Below the pieces are notes generated by a model. That model was not told where the DNA came from and searched no databases. It saw nothing but the letters and a program-made list of their open reading frames with translations. Positions 52,890 to 64,000 of a stretch of 64,000 nucleotides of DNA are shown here, piece after piece (position 1 is the first letter of the stretch; each line of letters begins with the position of its first letter). The position numbers and the translations under genes were made by a program. Origin of the DNA: Auanema rhodensis (Eukaryota; Animalia; Nematoda); assembly GCA_964057225.1 (NCBI GenBank), contig OZ059899.1:17546001-17610000 (forward strand). The letters run 5' to 3'.

Positions 52890-55800
52890 AAGCAATGTTG
52901 AGTGTACATGGAAACTCAACATACACTAATACATCATTTTTTAAACGATCATAACTAATTTTTGTATTGAGGGTTTCTGAATGTAGTATAGTGCATTCGA
53001 TGCGGATTTTTAAGCTGCGTCGATCTGTGTTATCAGATTTCCGCTAGCTTAAAAAAGCACCGAGATATCAACTGTTATAAGTTCACACTTATATCCTCGA
53101 TTTTCACCCTGAAGAATTAATTTTTTTGTTGAATAACATTGTCCATCGTCTTCGCCTTGAAAAAAGAAATCTAAAAACATCTACTTTTTGTGAAATTATT
53201 TTGAAATTTTTCGGGAAAATTTTTGTCAAAATGTTTTTGAAAGCAATGTTGAGTGTACATGGAAACTCAACATACACTAATGCATCATTTTTCAAACGAT
53301 CATAACTAATTTTTGTATTAAGCGTTTTTCAATGTAGTATAGTGCATTCGATGCGGATTTTTAAGCTGCGTCGATCTGTGTTATCAGATTTGCGCTAGCT
53401 TAAAAATGCACCGAGATATCAACTGATATAAGTTTACACTTATATCCTCGATTTTCACCCTGGAGAATTAATTTTTTCGTTGAATAACATTGTCCATCGT
53501 CTTCGCCTTGAAAAAAGGAATCTAAAAACATCTACTTTTTGTGAAATTATTTTGAAATTTTTAGGGAAAATTTTTGTCAAAATGTTTTTGGAAGCAATGT
53601 TGAGTGTACATGGAAACTCAACATACACTAATACATCATTTTTTAAACGATCATAACTAATTTTTGTATTGAGGGTTTCTGAATGTAGTATAGTGCATTC
53701 GATGCGGATTTTTAAGCTGCGTCGATCTGTGTTATCAGATTTCCGCTAGCTTAAAAAAGCACCGAGATATCAACTGTTATAAGTTCACACTTATATCCTC
53801 GATTTTCACCCTGAAGAATTAATTTTTTTGTTGAATAACATTGTCCATCGTCTTCGCCTTGAAAAAAGAAATCTAAAAACATCTACTTTTTGTGAAATTA
53901 TTTTGAAATTTTTCGGGAAAATTTTTGTCAAAATGTTTTTGAAAGCAATGTTGAGTGTACATGGAAACTCAACATACACTAATGCATCATTTTTCAAACG
54001 ATCATAACTAATTTTTGTATTAAGCGTTTTTCAATGTAGTATAGTGCATTCGATGCGGATTTTTAAGCTGCGTCGATCTGTGTTATCAGATTTGCGCTAG
54101 CTTAAAAATGCACCGAGATATCAACTGATATAAGTTTACACTTATATCCTCGATTTTCACCCTGGAGAATTAATTTTTTCGTTGAATAACATTGTCCATC
54201 GTCTTCGCCTTGAAAAAAGGAATCTAAAAACATCTACTTTTTGTGAAATTATTTTGAAATTTTTAGGGAAAATTTTGGTCAAAATGTTTTTGGAAGCAAT
54301 GTTGAGTGTACATGGAAACTCAACATACACTAATGCATCATTTTTCAAACGATCATGACTAATTTTTGTATTGAGGGTTTCTCAATGTAGTATAGTGCAT
54401 TCGATGCGGATTTTTAAGCTGCGTCGATCTGTGTTATCAGATTTGCGCTAGCTTAAAAATGCACCGAGATATCAACTGATATAAGTTCACACTTATATCC
54501 TCGATTTTCACCCTGAAAAATTGATTTTTTCGTTGAATAACATTGTCCATCGTCTTTGCCTTGAAAAAAGGAATCTAAAAACAACTACTTTTTGTGAAAT
54601 TATTTCGAAATTTTTAGGGAAAATTTTTGTCAAAATGTTTTTGGAAGCAATGTTGAGTGTACATGGAAACTCAACATACACTAATGCATCTTTTTTCAAA
54701 CGATCATAACTAATTTTTGTATTAAGCGTTTCTCAATGTTGTATAGTGCATTCGATGCGGATTTTTAAGCTGCGTCGATCTATGTTATCAGATTTGCGCT
54801 AGCTTAAAAAAGCACCGAGATATCAACTGATATAAGTTCACACTTATATCCTCGATTTTCACCCTGAAGAATTAATTTTTTCGTTGAATAACATTGTCCA
54901 TCGTCTTCGCCTTGAAAAAAGGAATCTAAAAACATCTACTTTTTGTGAAATTATTTTGAAATTTTTAGGGAAAATTTTGGTCAAAATGTTTTTGGAAGCA
55001 ATGTTGAGTGTACATGGAAACTCAACATACACTAATGCATCTTTTTTCAAACGATCATAACTAATTTTTGTATTAAGCGTTTCTCAATGTAGTATAGTGC
55101 ATTCGATGCGGATTTTTAAGCTGCGTCGATCTGTGTTATCAGATTTGCGCTAGCTTAAAAATGCACCGAGATATCAACTGATATAAGTTCACACTTATAA
55201 TCTCGATTTTCACCCTGAAGAATTAATTTTTTTGTTGAATAACATTGTCCATCGTCTTCACCTTGAAAAAAGGAATCTAAAAACATCTACTTTTTGTAAA
55301 ATTATTTTGAAATTTTTAGGGAAAATTTTTGTCAAAATGTTTTTGGAAGCAATGTTGAGTGTACATGGAAACTCAACATACACTAATGCATCATTTTTCA
55401 AACGATCATAACTAATTTTTGTATTAAGAGTTTCTCAATGTAGTATAGTGCATTCGATGCGGATTTTTAAGCTGCGTCGATCTGTGTTATCAGATTTGCG
55501 CTAGCTTAAAAAAGCACCGAGATATCAACTGATATAAGTTCACACTTATATCCTCGATTTTCACCCTGAAGAATTAATTTTTTTGTTGAATAACATTGTC
55601 CATCGTCTTCGCCTTGAAAAAAGGAATCTAAAAACATCTACTTTTCGTGAAATTATTTCGAAATTTTTAGGTAAAATTTTTGTCAAAATGTTTTTGAAAG
55701 CAATGTTGAGTGTACATGGAAACTCAACATACACTAATGCATCATTTTTCAAACGATCATAACTAATTTTTGTATTAAGAGTTTCTCAATGTAGTATAGT

Positions 55801-58800
55801 GCATTCGATGCGGATTTTTAAGCTGCGTCGATCTGTGTTATCAGATTTGCGCTAGCTTAAAAAAGCACCGAGATATCAACTGTTATAAGTTCACACTTAT
55901 ATCCTCGATTTTCACCCTGAAGAATTAATTTTTTTGTTGAATAACATTGTCCATCGTCTTCGCCTTGAAAAAAGAAATCTAAAAACATCTACTTTTTGTG
56001 AAATTATTTTGAAATTTTTAGGCAAAATTTTTGTCAAAATGTTTTTGAAAGCAATGTTGAGTGTACATGGAAACTCAACATACACTAATGCATCATTTTT
56101 CAAACGATCATAACTAATTTTTGTATTAAGCGTTTTTCAATGTAGTATAGTGCATTCGATGCTGATTTTTAAGCTGCGTCGATCTGTGTTATCAGATTTG
56201 CGCTAGCTTAAAAATGCACCGAGATATCAACTGATATAAGTTTACACTTATATCCTCGATTTTCACCCTGGAGAATTAATTTTTTCGTTGAATAACATTG
56301 TCCATCGTCTTCGCCTTGAAAAAAGGAATCTAAAAACATCTACTTTTTGTGAAATTATTTTGAAATTTTTAGGGAAAATTTTTGTCAAAATGTTTTTGGA
56401 AGCAATGTTGAGTGTACATGGAAACTCAACATACACTAATGCATCATTTTTCAAACGATCATAACTAATTTTTGTATTAAGAGTTTCTCAATGTAGTATA
56501 GTGCATTCGATGCGGATTTTTAAGCTGCGTCGATCTGTGTTATCAGATTTGCGCTAGCTTAAAAAAGCACCGAGATATCAACTGTTATAAGTTCACACTT
56601 ATATCCTCGATTTTCACCCTGAAGAATTAATTTTTTTGTTGAATAACATTGTCCATCGTCTTCGCCTTGAAAAAAGAAATCTAAAAACATCTACTTTTTG
56701 TGAAATTATTTTGAAATTTTTAGGCAAAATTTTTGTCAAAATGTTTTTGAAAGCAATGTTGAGTGTACATGGAAACTCAACATACACTAATGCATCATTT
56801 TTCAAACGATCATAACTAATTTTTGTATTAAGCGTTTTTCAATGTAGTATAGTGCATTCGATGCTGATTTTTAAGCTGCGTCGATCTGTGTTATCAGATT
56901 TGCGCTAGCTTAAAAATGCACCGAGATATCAACTGATATAAGTTTACACTTATATCCTCGATTTTCACCCTGGAGAATTAATTTTTTCGTTGAATAACAT
57001 TGTCCATCGTCTTCGCCTTGAAAAAAGGAATCTAAAAACATCTACTTTTTGTGAAATTATTTTGAAATTTTTAGGGAAAATTTTGGTCAAAATGTTTTTG
57101 GAAGCAATGTTGAGTGTACATGGAAACTCAACATACACTAATGCATCATTTTTCAAACGATCATGACTAATTTTTGTATTGAGGGTTTCTCAATGTAGTA
57201 TAGTGCATTCGATGCGGATTTTTAAGCTGCGTCGATCTGTGTTATCAGATTTGCGCTAGCTTAAAAATGCACCGAGATATCAACTGATATAAGTTCACAC
57301 TTATATCCTCGATTTTCACCCTGAAGAATTAATTTTTTTGTTGAATAACATTGTCCATCGTCTTCGCCTTGAAAAAAGGAATCTAAAAACATCTACTTTT
57401 CGTGAAATTATTTCGAAATTTTTAGGTAAAATTTTTGTCAAAATGTTTTTGAAAGCAATGTTGAGTGTACATGGAAACTCAACATACACTAATGCATCAT
57501 TTTTCAAACGATCATGACTAATTTTTGTATTGAGGGTTTCTCAATGTAGTATAGTGCATTTGATGCGGATTTTTAAGCTGCGTCGATCTGTGTTATCAGA
57601 TTTGCGCTAGCTTAAAAATGCACCGAGATATCAACTGTTATAAGTTCACACTTATATCCTCGATTTTCACCCTGAAGAATTAATTTTTTTGTTGAATAAC
57701 ATTGTCCATCGTCTTCGCCTTGAAAAAAGAAATCTAAAAACATCTACTTTTTGTGAAATTATTTTGAAATTTTTCGGGAAAATTTTTGTCAAAATGTTTT
57801 TGAAAGCAATGTTGAGTGTACATGGAAACTCAACATACACTAATGCATCATTTTTCAAACGATCATAACTAATTTTTGTATCAAGCGTTTCTCAATGTTG
57901 TATAGTGCATTCGATGCGGATTTTTAAGCTGCGTCGATCTGTGTTATCAGATTTGCGCTAGCTTAAAAATGCACCGAGATATCAACTGATATAAGTTTAC
58001 ACTTATATCCTCGATTTTCACCCTGGAGAATTAATTTTTTCGTTGAATAACATTGTCCATCGTCTTCGCCTTGAAAAAAGGAATCTAAAAACATCTACTT
58101 TTTGTGAAATTATTTTGAAATTTTTAGGGAAAATTTTGGTCAAAATGTTTTTGGAAGCAATGTTGAGTGTACATGGAAACTCAACATACACTAATGCATC
58201 ATTTTTCAAACGATCATGACTAATTTTTGTATTGAGGGTTTCTCAATGTAGTATAGTGCATTCGATGCGGATTTTTAAGCTGCGTCGATCTGTGTTATCA
58301 GATTTGCGCTAGCTTAAAAATGCACCGAGATATCAACTGATATAAGTTCACACTTATATCCTCGATTTTCACCCTGAAAAATTGATTTTTTCGTTGAATA
58401 ACATTGTCCATCGTCTTTGCCTTGAAAAAAGGAATCTAAAAACATCTACTTTTTGTGAAATTATTTTGAAATTTTTAGGGAAAATTTTTGTCAAAATGTT
58501 TTTGGAAGCAATGTTGAGTGTACATGGAAACTCAACATACACTAATGCATCATTTTTCAAACGATCATAACTAATTTTTGTATTAAGAGTTTCTCAATGT
58601 AGTATAGTGCATTTGATGCGGATTTTTAAGCTGCGTCGATCTGTGTTATCAGATTTGCGCTAGCTTAAAAATGCACCGAGATATCAACTGTTATAAGTTC
58701 ACACTTATATCCTCGATTTTCACCCTGAAGAATTAATTTTTTTGTTGAATAACATTGTCCATCGTCTTCGCCTTGAAAAAAGAAATCTAAAAACATCTAC

Positions 58801-61800
58801 TTTTTGTGAAATTATTTTGAAATTTTTCGGGAAAATTTTTGTCAAAATGTTTTTGAAAGCAATGTTGAGTGTACATGGAAACTCAACATACACTAATGCA
58901 TCATTTTTCAAACGATCATAACTAATTTTTGTATCAAGCGTTTCTCAATGTAGTATAGTGCATTCGATGCGGATTTTTAAGCTGCGTCGATCTGTGTTAT
59001 CAGATTTGCGCTAGCTTAAAAATGCACCGAGATATCAACTGATATAAGTTTACACTTATATCCTCGATTTTCACCCTGGAGAATTAATTTTTTCGTTGAA
59101 TAACATTGTCCATCGTCTTCGCCTTGAAAAAAGGAATCTAAAAACATCTACTTTTTGTGAAATTATTTTGAAATTTTTAGGGAAAATTTTGGTCAAAATG
59201 TTTTTGGAAGCAATGTTGAGTGTACATGGAAACTCAACATACACTAATGCATCATTTTTCAAACGATCATAACTAATTTTTGTATCAAGCGTTTCTCAAT
59301 GTAGTATAGTGCATTCGATGCGGATTTTTAAGCTGCGTCGATCTGTGTTATCAGATTTGCGCTAGCTTAAAAAAGCACCGAGATATCAACTGATATAAGT
59401 TCACACTTATATCCTCGATTTTCACCCTGAAGAATTAATTTTTTTGTTGAATAACATTGTCCATCGTCTTCGCCTTGAAAAAAGGAATCTAAAAACATCT
59501 ACTTTTCGTGAAATTATTTCGAAATTTTTAGGTAAAATTTTTGTCAAAATGTTTTTGGAAGCAATGTTGAGTGTACATGGAAACTCAACATACACTAATG
59601 CATCATTTTTCAAACGATCATGACTAATTTTTGTATTGAGGGTTTCTCAATGTTGTATAGTGCATTCGATGCGGATTTTTAAGCTGCGTCGATCTGTGTT
59701 ATCAGATTTGCGCTAGCTTAAAAAAGCACCGAGATATCAACTGTTATAAGTTCACACTTATATCCTCGATTTTCACCCTGAAGAATTAATTTTTTTGTTG
59801 AATAACATTGTCCATCGTCTTCACTTTGAAAAAAGGAATCTAAAAACATCTACTTTTTGTAAAATTATTTTGAAATTTTTAGGGAAAATTTTTGTCAAAA
59901 TGTTTTTGGAAACAATGTTGAGTGTACATGGAAACTCAACATACACTAATACATCATTTTTTAAACGATCATAACTAATTTTTGTATTGAGGGTTTCTGA
60001 ATGTAGTATAGTGCATTCGATGCGGATTTTTAAGCTGCGTCGATCTGTGTTATCAGATTTCCGCTAGCTTAAAAAAGCACCGAGATATCAACTGTTATAA
60101 GTTCACACTTATATCCTCGATTTTCACCCTGAAGAATTAATTTTTTTGTTGAATAACATTGTCCATCGTCTTCGCCTTGAAAAAAGAAATCTAAAAACAT
60201 CTACTTTTTGTGAAATTATTTTGAAATTTTTCGGGAAAATTTTTGTCAAAATGTTTTTGAAAGCAATGTTGAGTGTACATGGAAACTCAACATACACTAA
60301 TGCATCATTTTTCAAACGATCATAACTAATTTTTGTATTAAGCGTTTTTCAATGTAGTATAGTGCATTCGATGCGGATTTTTAAGCTGCGTCGATCTGTG
60401 TTATCAGATTTGCGCTAGCTTAAAAATGCACCGAGATATCAACTGATATAAGTTTACACTTATATCCTCGATTTTCACCCTGGAGAATTAATTTTTTCGT
60501 TGAATAACATTGTCCATCGTCTTCGCCTTGAAAAAAGGAATCTAAAAACATCTACTTTTTGTGAAATTATTTTGAAATTTTTAGGGAAAATTTTTGTCAA
60601 AATGTTTTTGGAAGCAATGTTGAGTGTACATGGAAACTCAACATACACTAATACATCATTTTTTAAACGATCATAACTAATTTTTGTATTGAGGGTTTCT
60701 GAATGTAGTATAGTGCATTCGATGCGGATTTTTAAGCTGCGTCGATCTGTGTTATCAGATTTCCGCTAGCTTAAAAAAGCACCGAGATATCAACTGTTAT
60801 AAGTTCACACTTATATCCTCGATTTTCACCCTGAAGAATTAATTTTTTTGTTGAATAACATTGTCCATCGTCTTCGCCTTGAAAAAAGAAATCTAAAAAC
60901 ATCTACTTTTTGTGAAATTATTTTGAAATTTTTCGGGAAAATTTTTGTCAAAATGTTTTTGAAAGCAATGTTGAGTGTACATGGAAACTCAACATACACT
61001 AATGCATCATTTTTCAAACGATCATAACTAATTTTTGTATTAAGCGTTTTTCAATGTAGTATAGTGCATTCGATGCGGATTTTTAAGCTGCGTCGATCTG
61101 TGTTATCAGATTTGCGCTAGCTTAAAAATGCACCGAGATATCAACTGATATAAGTTTACACTTATATCCTCGATTTTCACCCTGGAGAATTAATTTTTTC
61201 GTTGAATAACATTGTCCATCGTCTTCGCCTTGAAAAAAGGAATCTAAAAACATCTACTTTTTGTGAAATTATTTTGAAATTTTTAGGGAAAATTTTGGTC
61301 AAAATGTTTTTGGAAGCAATGTTGAGTGTACATGGAAACTCAACATACACTAATGCATCATTTTTCAAACGATCATGACTAATTTTTGTATTGAGGGTTT
61401 CTCAATGTAGTATAGTGCATTCGATGCGGATTTTTAAGCTGCGTCGATCTGTGTTATCAGATTTGCGCTAGCTTAAAAATGCACCGAGATATCAACTGAT
61501 ATAAGTTCACACTTATATCCTCGATTTTCACCCTGAAAAATTGATTTTTTCGTTGAATAACATTGTCCATCGTCTTTGCCTTGAAAAAAGGAATCTAAAA
61601 ACAACTACTTTTTGTGAAATTATTTCGAAATTTTTAGGGAAAATTTTTGTCAAAATGTTTTTGGAAGCAATGTTGAGTGTACATGGAAACTCAACATACA
61701 CTAATGCATCTTTTTTCAAACGATCATAACTAATTTTTGTATTAAGCGTTTCTCAATGTTGTATAGTGCATTCGATGCGGATTTTTAAGCTGCGTCGATC

Positions 61801-62820
61801 TATGTTATCAGATTTGCGCTAGCTTAAAAAAGCACCGAGATATCAACTGATATAAGTTCACACTTATATCCTCGATTTTCACCCTGAAGAATTAATTTTT
61901 TCGTTGAATAACATTGTCCATCGTCTTCGCCTTGAAAAAAGGAATCTAAAAACATCTACTTTTTGTGAAATTATTTTGAAATTTTTAGGGAAAATTTTGG
62001 TCAAAATGTTTTTGGAAGCAATGTTGAGTGTACATGGAAACTCAACATACACTAATGCATCATTTTTCAAACGATCATGACTAATTTTTGTATTGAGGGT
62101 TTCTCAATGTAGTATAGTGCATTCGATGCGGATTTTTAAGCTGCGTCGATCTGTGTTATCAGATTTGCGCTAGCTTAAAAATGCACCGAGATATCAACTG
62201 ATATAAGTTCACACTTATAATCTCGATTTTCACCCTGAAGAATTAATTTTTTTGTTGAATAACATTGTCCATCGTCTTCACCTTGAAAAAAGGAATCTAA
62301 AAACATCTACTTTTTGTAAAATTATTTTGAAATTTTTAGGGAAAATTTTTGTCAAAATGTTTTTGGAAGCAATGTTGAGTGTACATGGAAACTCAACATA
62401 CACTAATGCATCATTTTTCAAACGATCATAACTAATTTTTGTATTAAGAGTTTCTCAATGTAGTATAGTGCATTCGATGCGGATTTTTAAGCTGCGTCGA
62501 TCTGTGTTATCAGATTTGCGCTAGCTTAAAAAAGCACCGAGATATCAACTGATATAAGTTCACACTTATATCCTCGATTTTCACCCTGAAGAATTAATTT
62601 TTTTGTTGAATAACATTGTCCATCGTCTTCGCCTTGAAAAAAGGAATCTAAAAACATCTACTTTTCGTGAAATTATTTCGAAATTTTTAGGTAAAATTTT
62701 TGTCAAAATGTTTTTGAAAGCAATGTTGAGTGTACATGGAAACTCAACATACACTAATGCATCATTTTTCAAACGATCATAACTAATTTTTGTATTAAGA
62801 GTTTCTCAATGTAGTATAGT
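52890..62820. repeat. ~8-monomer block (~52890-55800) repeated 20 monomers downstream (~59910-62820)
   Basis: GGGTTTCTGA at 52971 and 59991. ORF variants pair at 7020 bp: 53104/60124, 53806/60826, 54157/61177, 54508/61528, 54859/61879, 55561/62581. Confidence 0.92.
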
Positions 62821-64000
62821 GCATTTGATGCGGATTTTTAAGCTGCGTCGATCTGTGTTATCAGATTTGCGCTAGCTTAAAAATGCACCAAGATATCAAC
62901 TGAAATAAGTTAACACATATATCCTCGATTTTCACCCTGAAGAATTAATTTTTTCGTTGAATAACATTGTCCATCGTCTTCGCCTTGAAAAAAGGAATCT
63001 AAAAACATCTACTTTTTGTGAAATTATTTTGAAACTTTTAGGGAAAATTTTTGTCAAAATGTTTTTGGAAGCAATGTTGAGTGTACATGGAAACTCAACA
63101 TACACTAATGCATCATTTTTCAAACGATCATAACTAATTTTTGTATTAAGAGTTTCTCAATGTAGTATAGTGCATTCGATGCGGATTTTTAAGCTGCGTC
63201 GATCTGTGTTATCAGATTTGCGCTAGCTTAAAAAAGCACCGAGATATCAACTGTTATAAGTTCACACTTATATCCTCGATTTTCACCCTGAAGAATTAAT
63301 TTTTTTGTTGAATAACATTGTCCATCGTCTTCGCCTTGAAAAAAGAAATCTAAAAACATCTACTTTTTGTGAAATTATTTTGAAATTTTTAGGCAAAATT
63401 TTTGTCAAAATGTTTTTGAAAGCAATGTTGAGTGTACATGGAAACTCAACATACACTAATGCATCATTTTTCAAACGATCATAACTAATTTTTGTATTAA
63501 GAGTTTCTCAATGTAGTATAGTGCATTCGATGCGGATTTTTAAGCTGCGTCGATCTGTGTTATCAGATTTGCGCTAGCTTAAAAATGCACCAAGATATCA
63601 ACTGAAATAAGTTAACACATATATCCTCGATTTTCACCCTGAAGAATTAATTTTTTCGTTGAATAACATTGTCCATCGTCTTCGCCTTGAAAAAAGGAAT
63701 CTAAAAACATCTACTTTTTGTGAAATTATTTTGAAACTTTTAGGGAAAATTTTTGTCAAAATGTTTTTGGAAGCAATGTTGAGTGTACATGGAAACTCAA
63801 CATACACTAATGCATCATTTTTCAAACGATCATAACTAATTTTTGTATTAAGAGTTTCTCAATGTAGTATAGTGCATTCGATGCGGATTTTTAAGCTGCG
63901 TCGATCTGTGTTATCAGATTTGCGCTAGCTTAAAAAAGCACCGAGATATCAACTGTTATAAGTTCACACTTATATCCTCGATTTTCACCCTGAAGAATTA

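Larger units (their letters stand above)
1..64000. repeat. Satellite DNA array, 351-bp monomer, ~182 head-to-tail copies, extending beyond both window ends
   Basis: TCGATGCGGATTTTTAAGCTGCG starts at 1 and recurs at 352; equivalent positions continue every 351 bp to the end. ORF-track coordinates are spaced by multiples of 351 apart from a few small indels. Copies differ by only a few substitutions. No orientation switch or foreign insert seen. Confidence 0.99.

Noticed and set aside
810-63825. Repeated 62-73 aa ORFs on both strands (MIFSLNN..., MKNDALV...)
   Set aside because: They start at TTG, overlap antisense to each other, and are F/K/I/L-rich as expected from A/T tracts. They appear or vanish with single satellite variants and show no recognisable domain. 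They recur only because the DNA is repeated.
1-64000. CRISPR array or integron-like cassette array
   Set aside because: Palindromic segments are separated by the same sequence in every unit; there are no unique spacers or cassettes and no associated genes.

Overview
The whole 64 kb window is one uninterrupted, head-to-tail tandem array of a 351-bp AT-rich monomer (about 182 copies; monomer 1 is 107/351 = ~30% GC by hand count). It runs off both ends of the window. I see no genes, RNA genes, transposon insertions, inversions or unique sequence. The 62-73 aa ORFs are a by-product of the repeat and start at TTG. This looks like eukaryotic satellite DNA (centromeric, pericentromeric or subtelomeric type); I cannot assign a named family or species. 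The interesting structure is at two scales. (1) The monomer is densely packed with inverted repeats: one ~67-bp imperfect hairpin, two perfect 9-bp dyads and several shorter ones. It also carries relics of internal duplications at 48-bp and 11-13-bp spacing. (2) The array is organised into variant domains and nested, short-lived higher-order repeats at 2-, 3-, 4-, 5-, 6-, 7-, 9-, 12-, 15/16-, 20-, 37- and 52-monomer offsets. Some chimeric monomers allow breakpoints to be mapped, and monomer length is very strictly conserved. I found no direct evidence of a novel encoded system; functional ideas (cruciform or structured RNA, centromere or telomere role) are hypotheses only. All comparisons were made by eye and from the ORF-track offsets.
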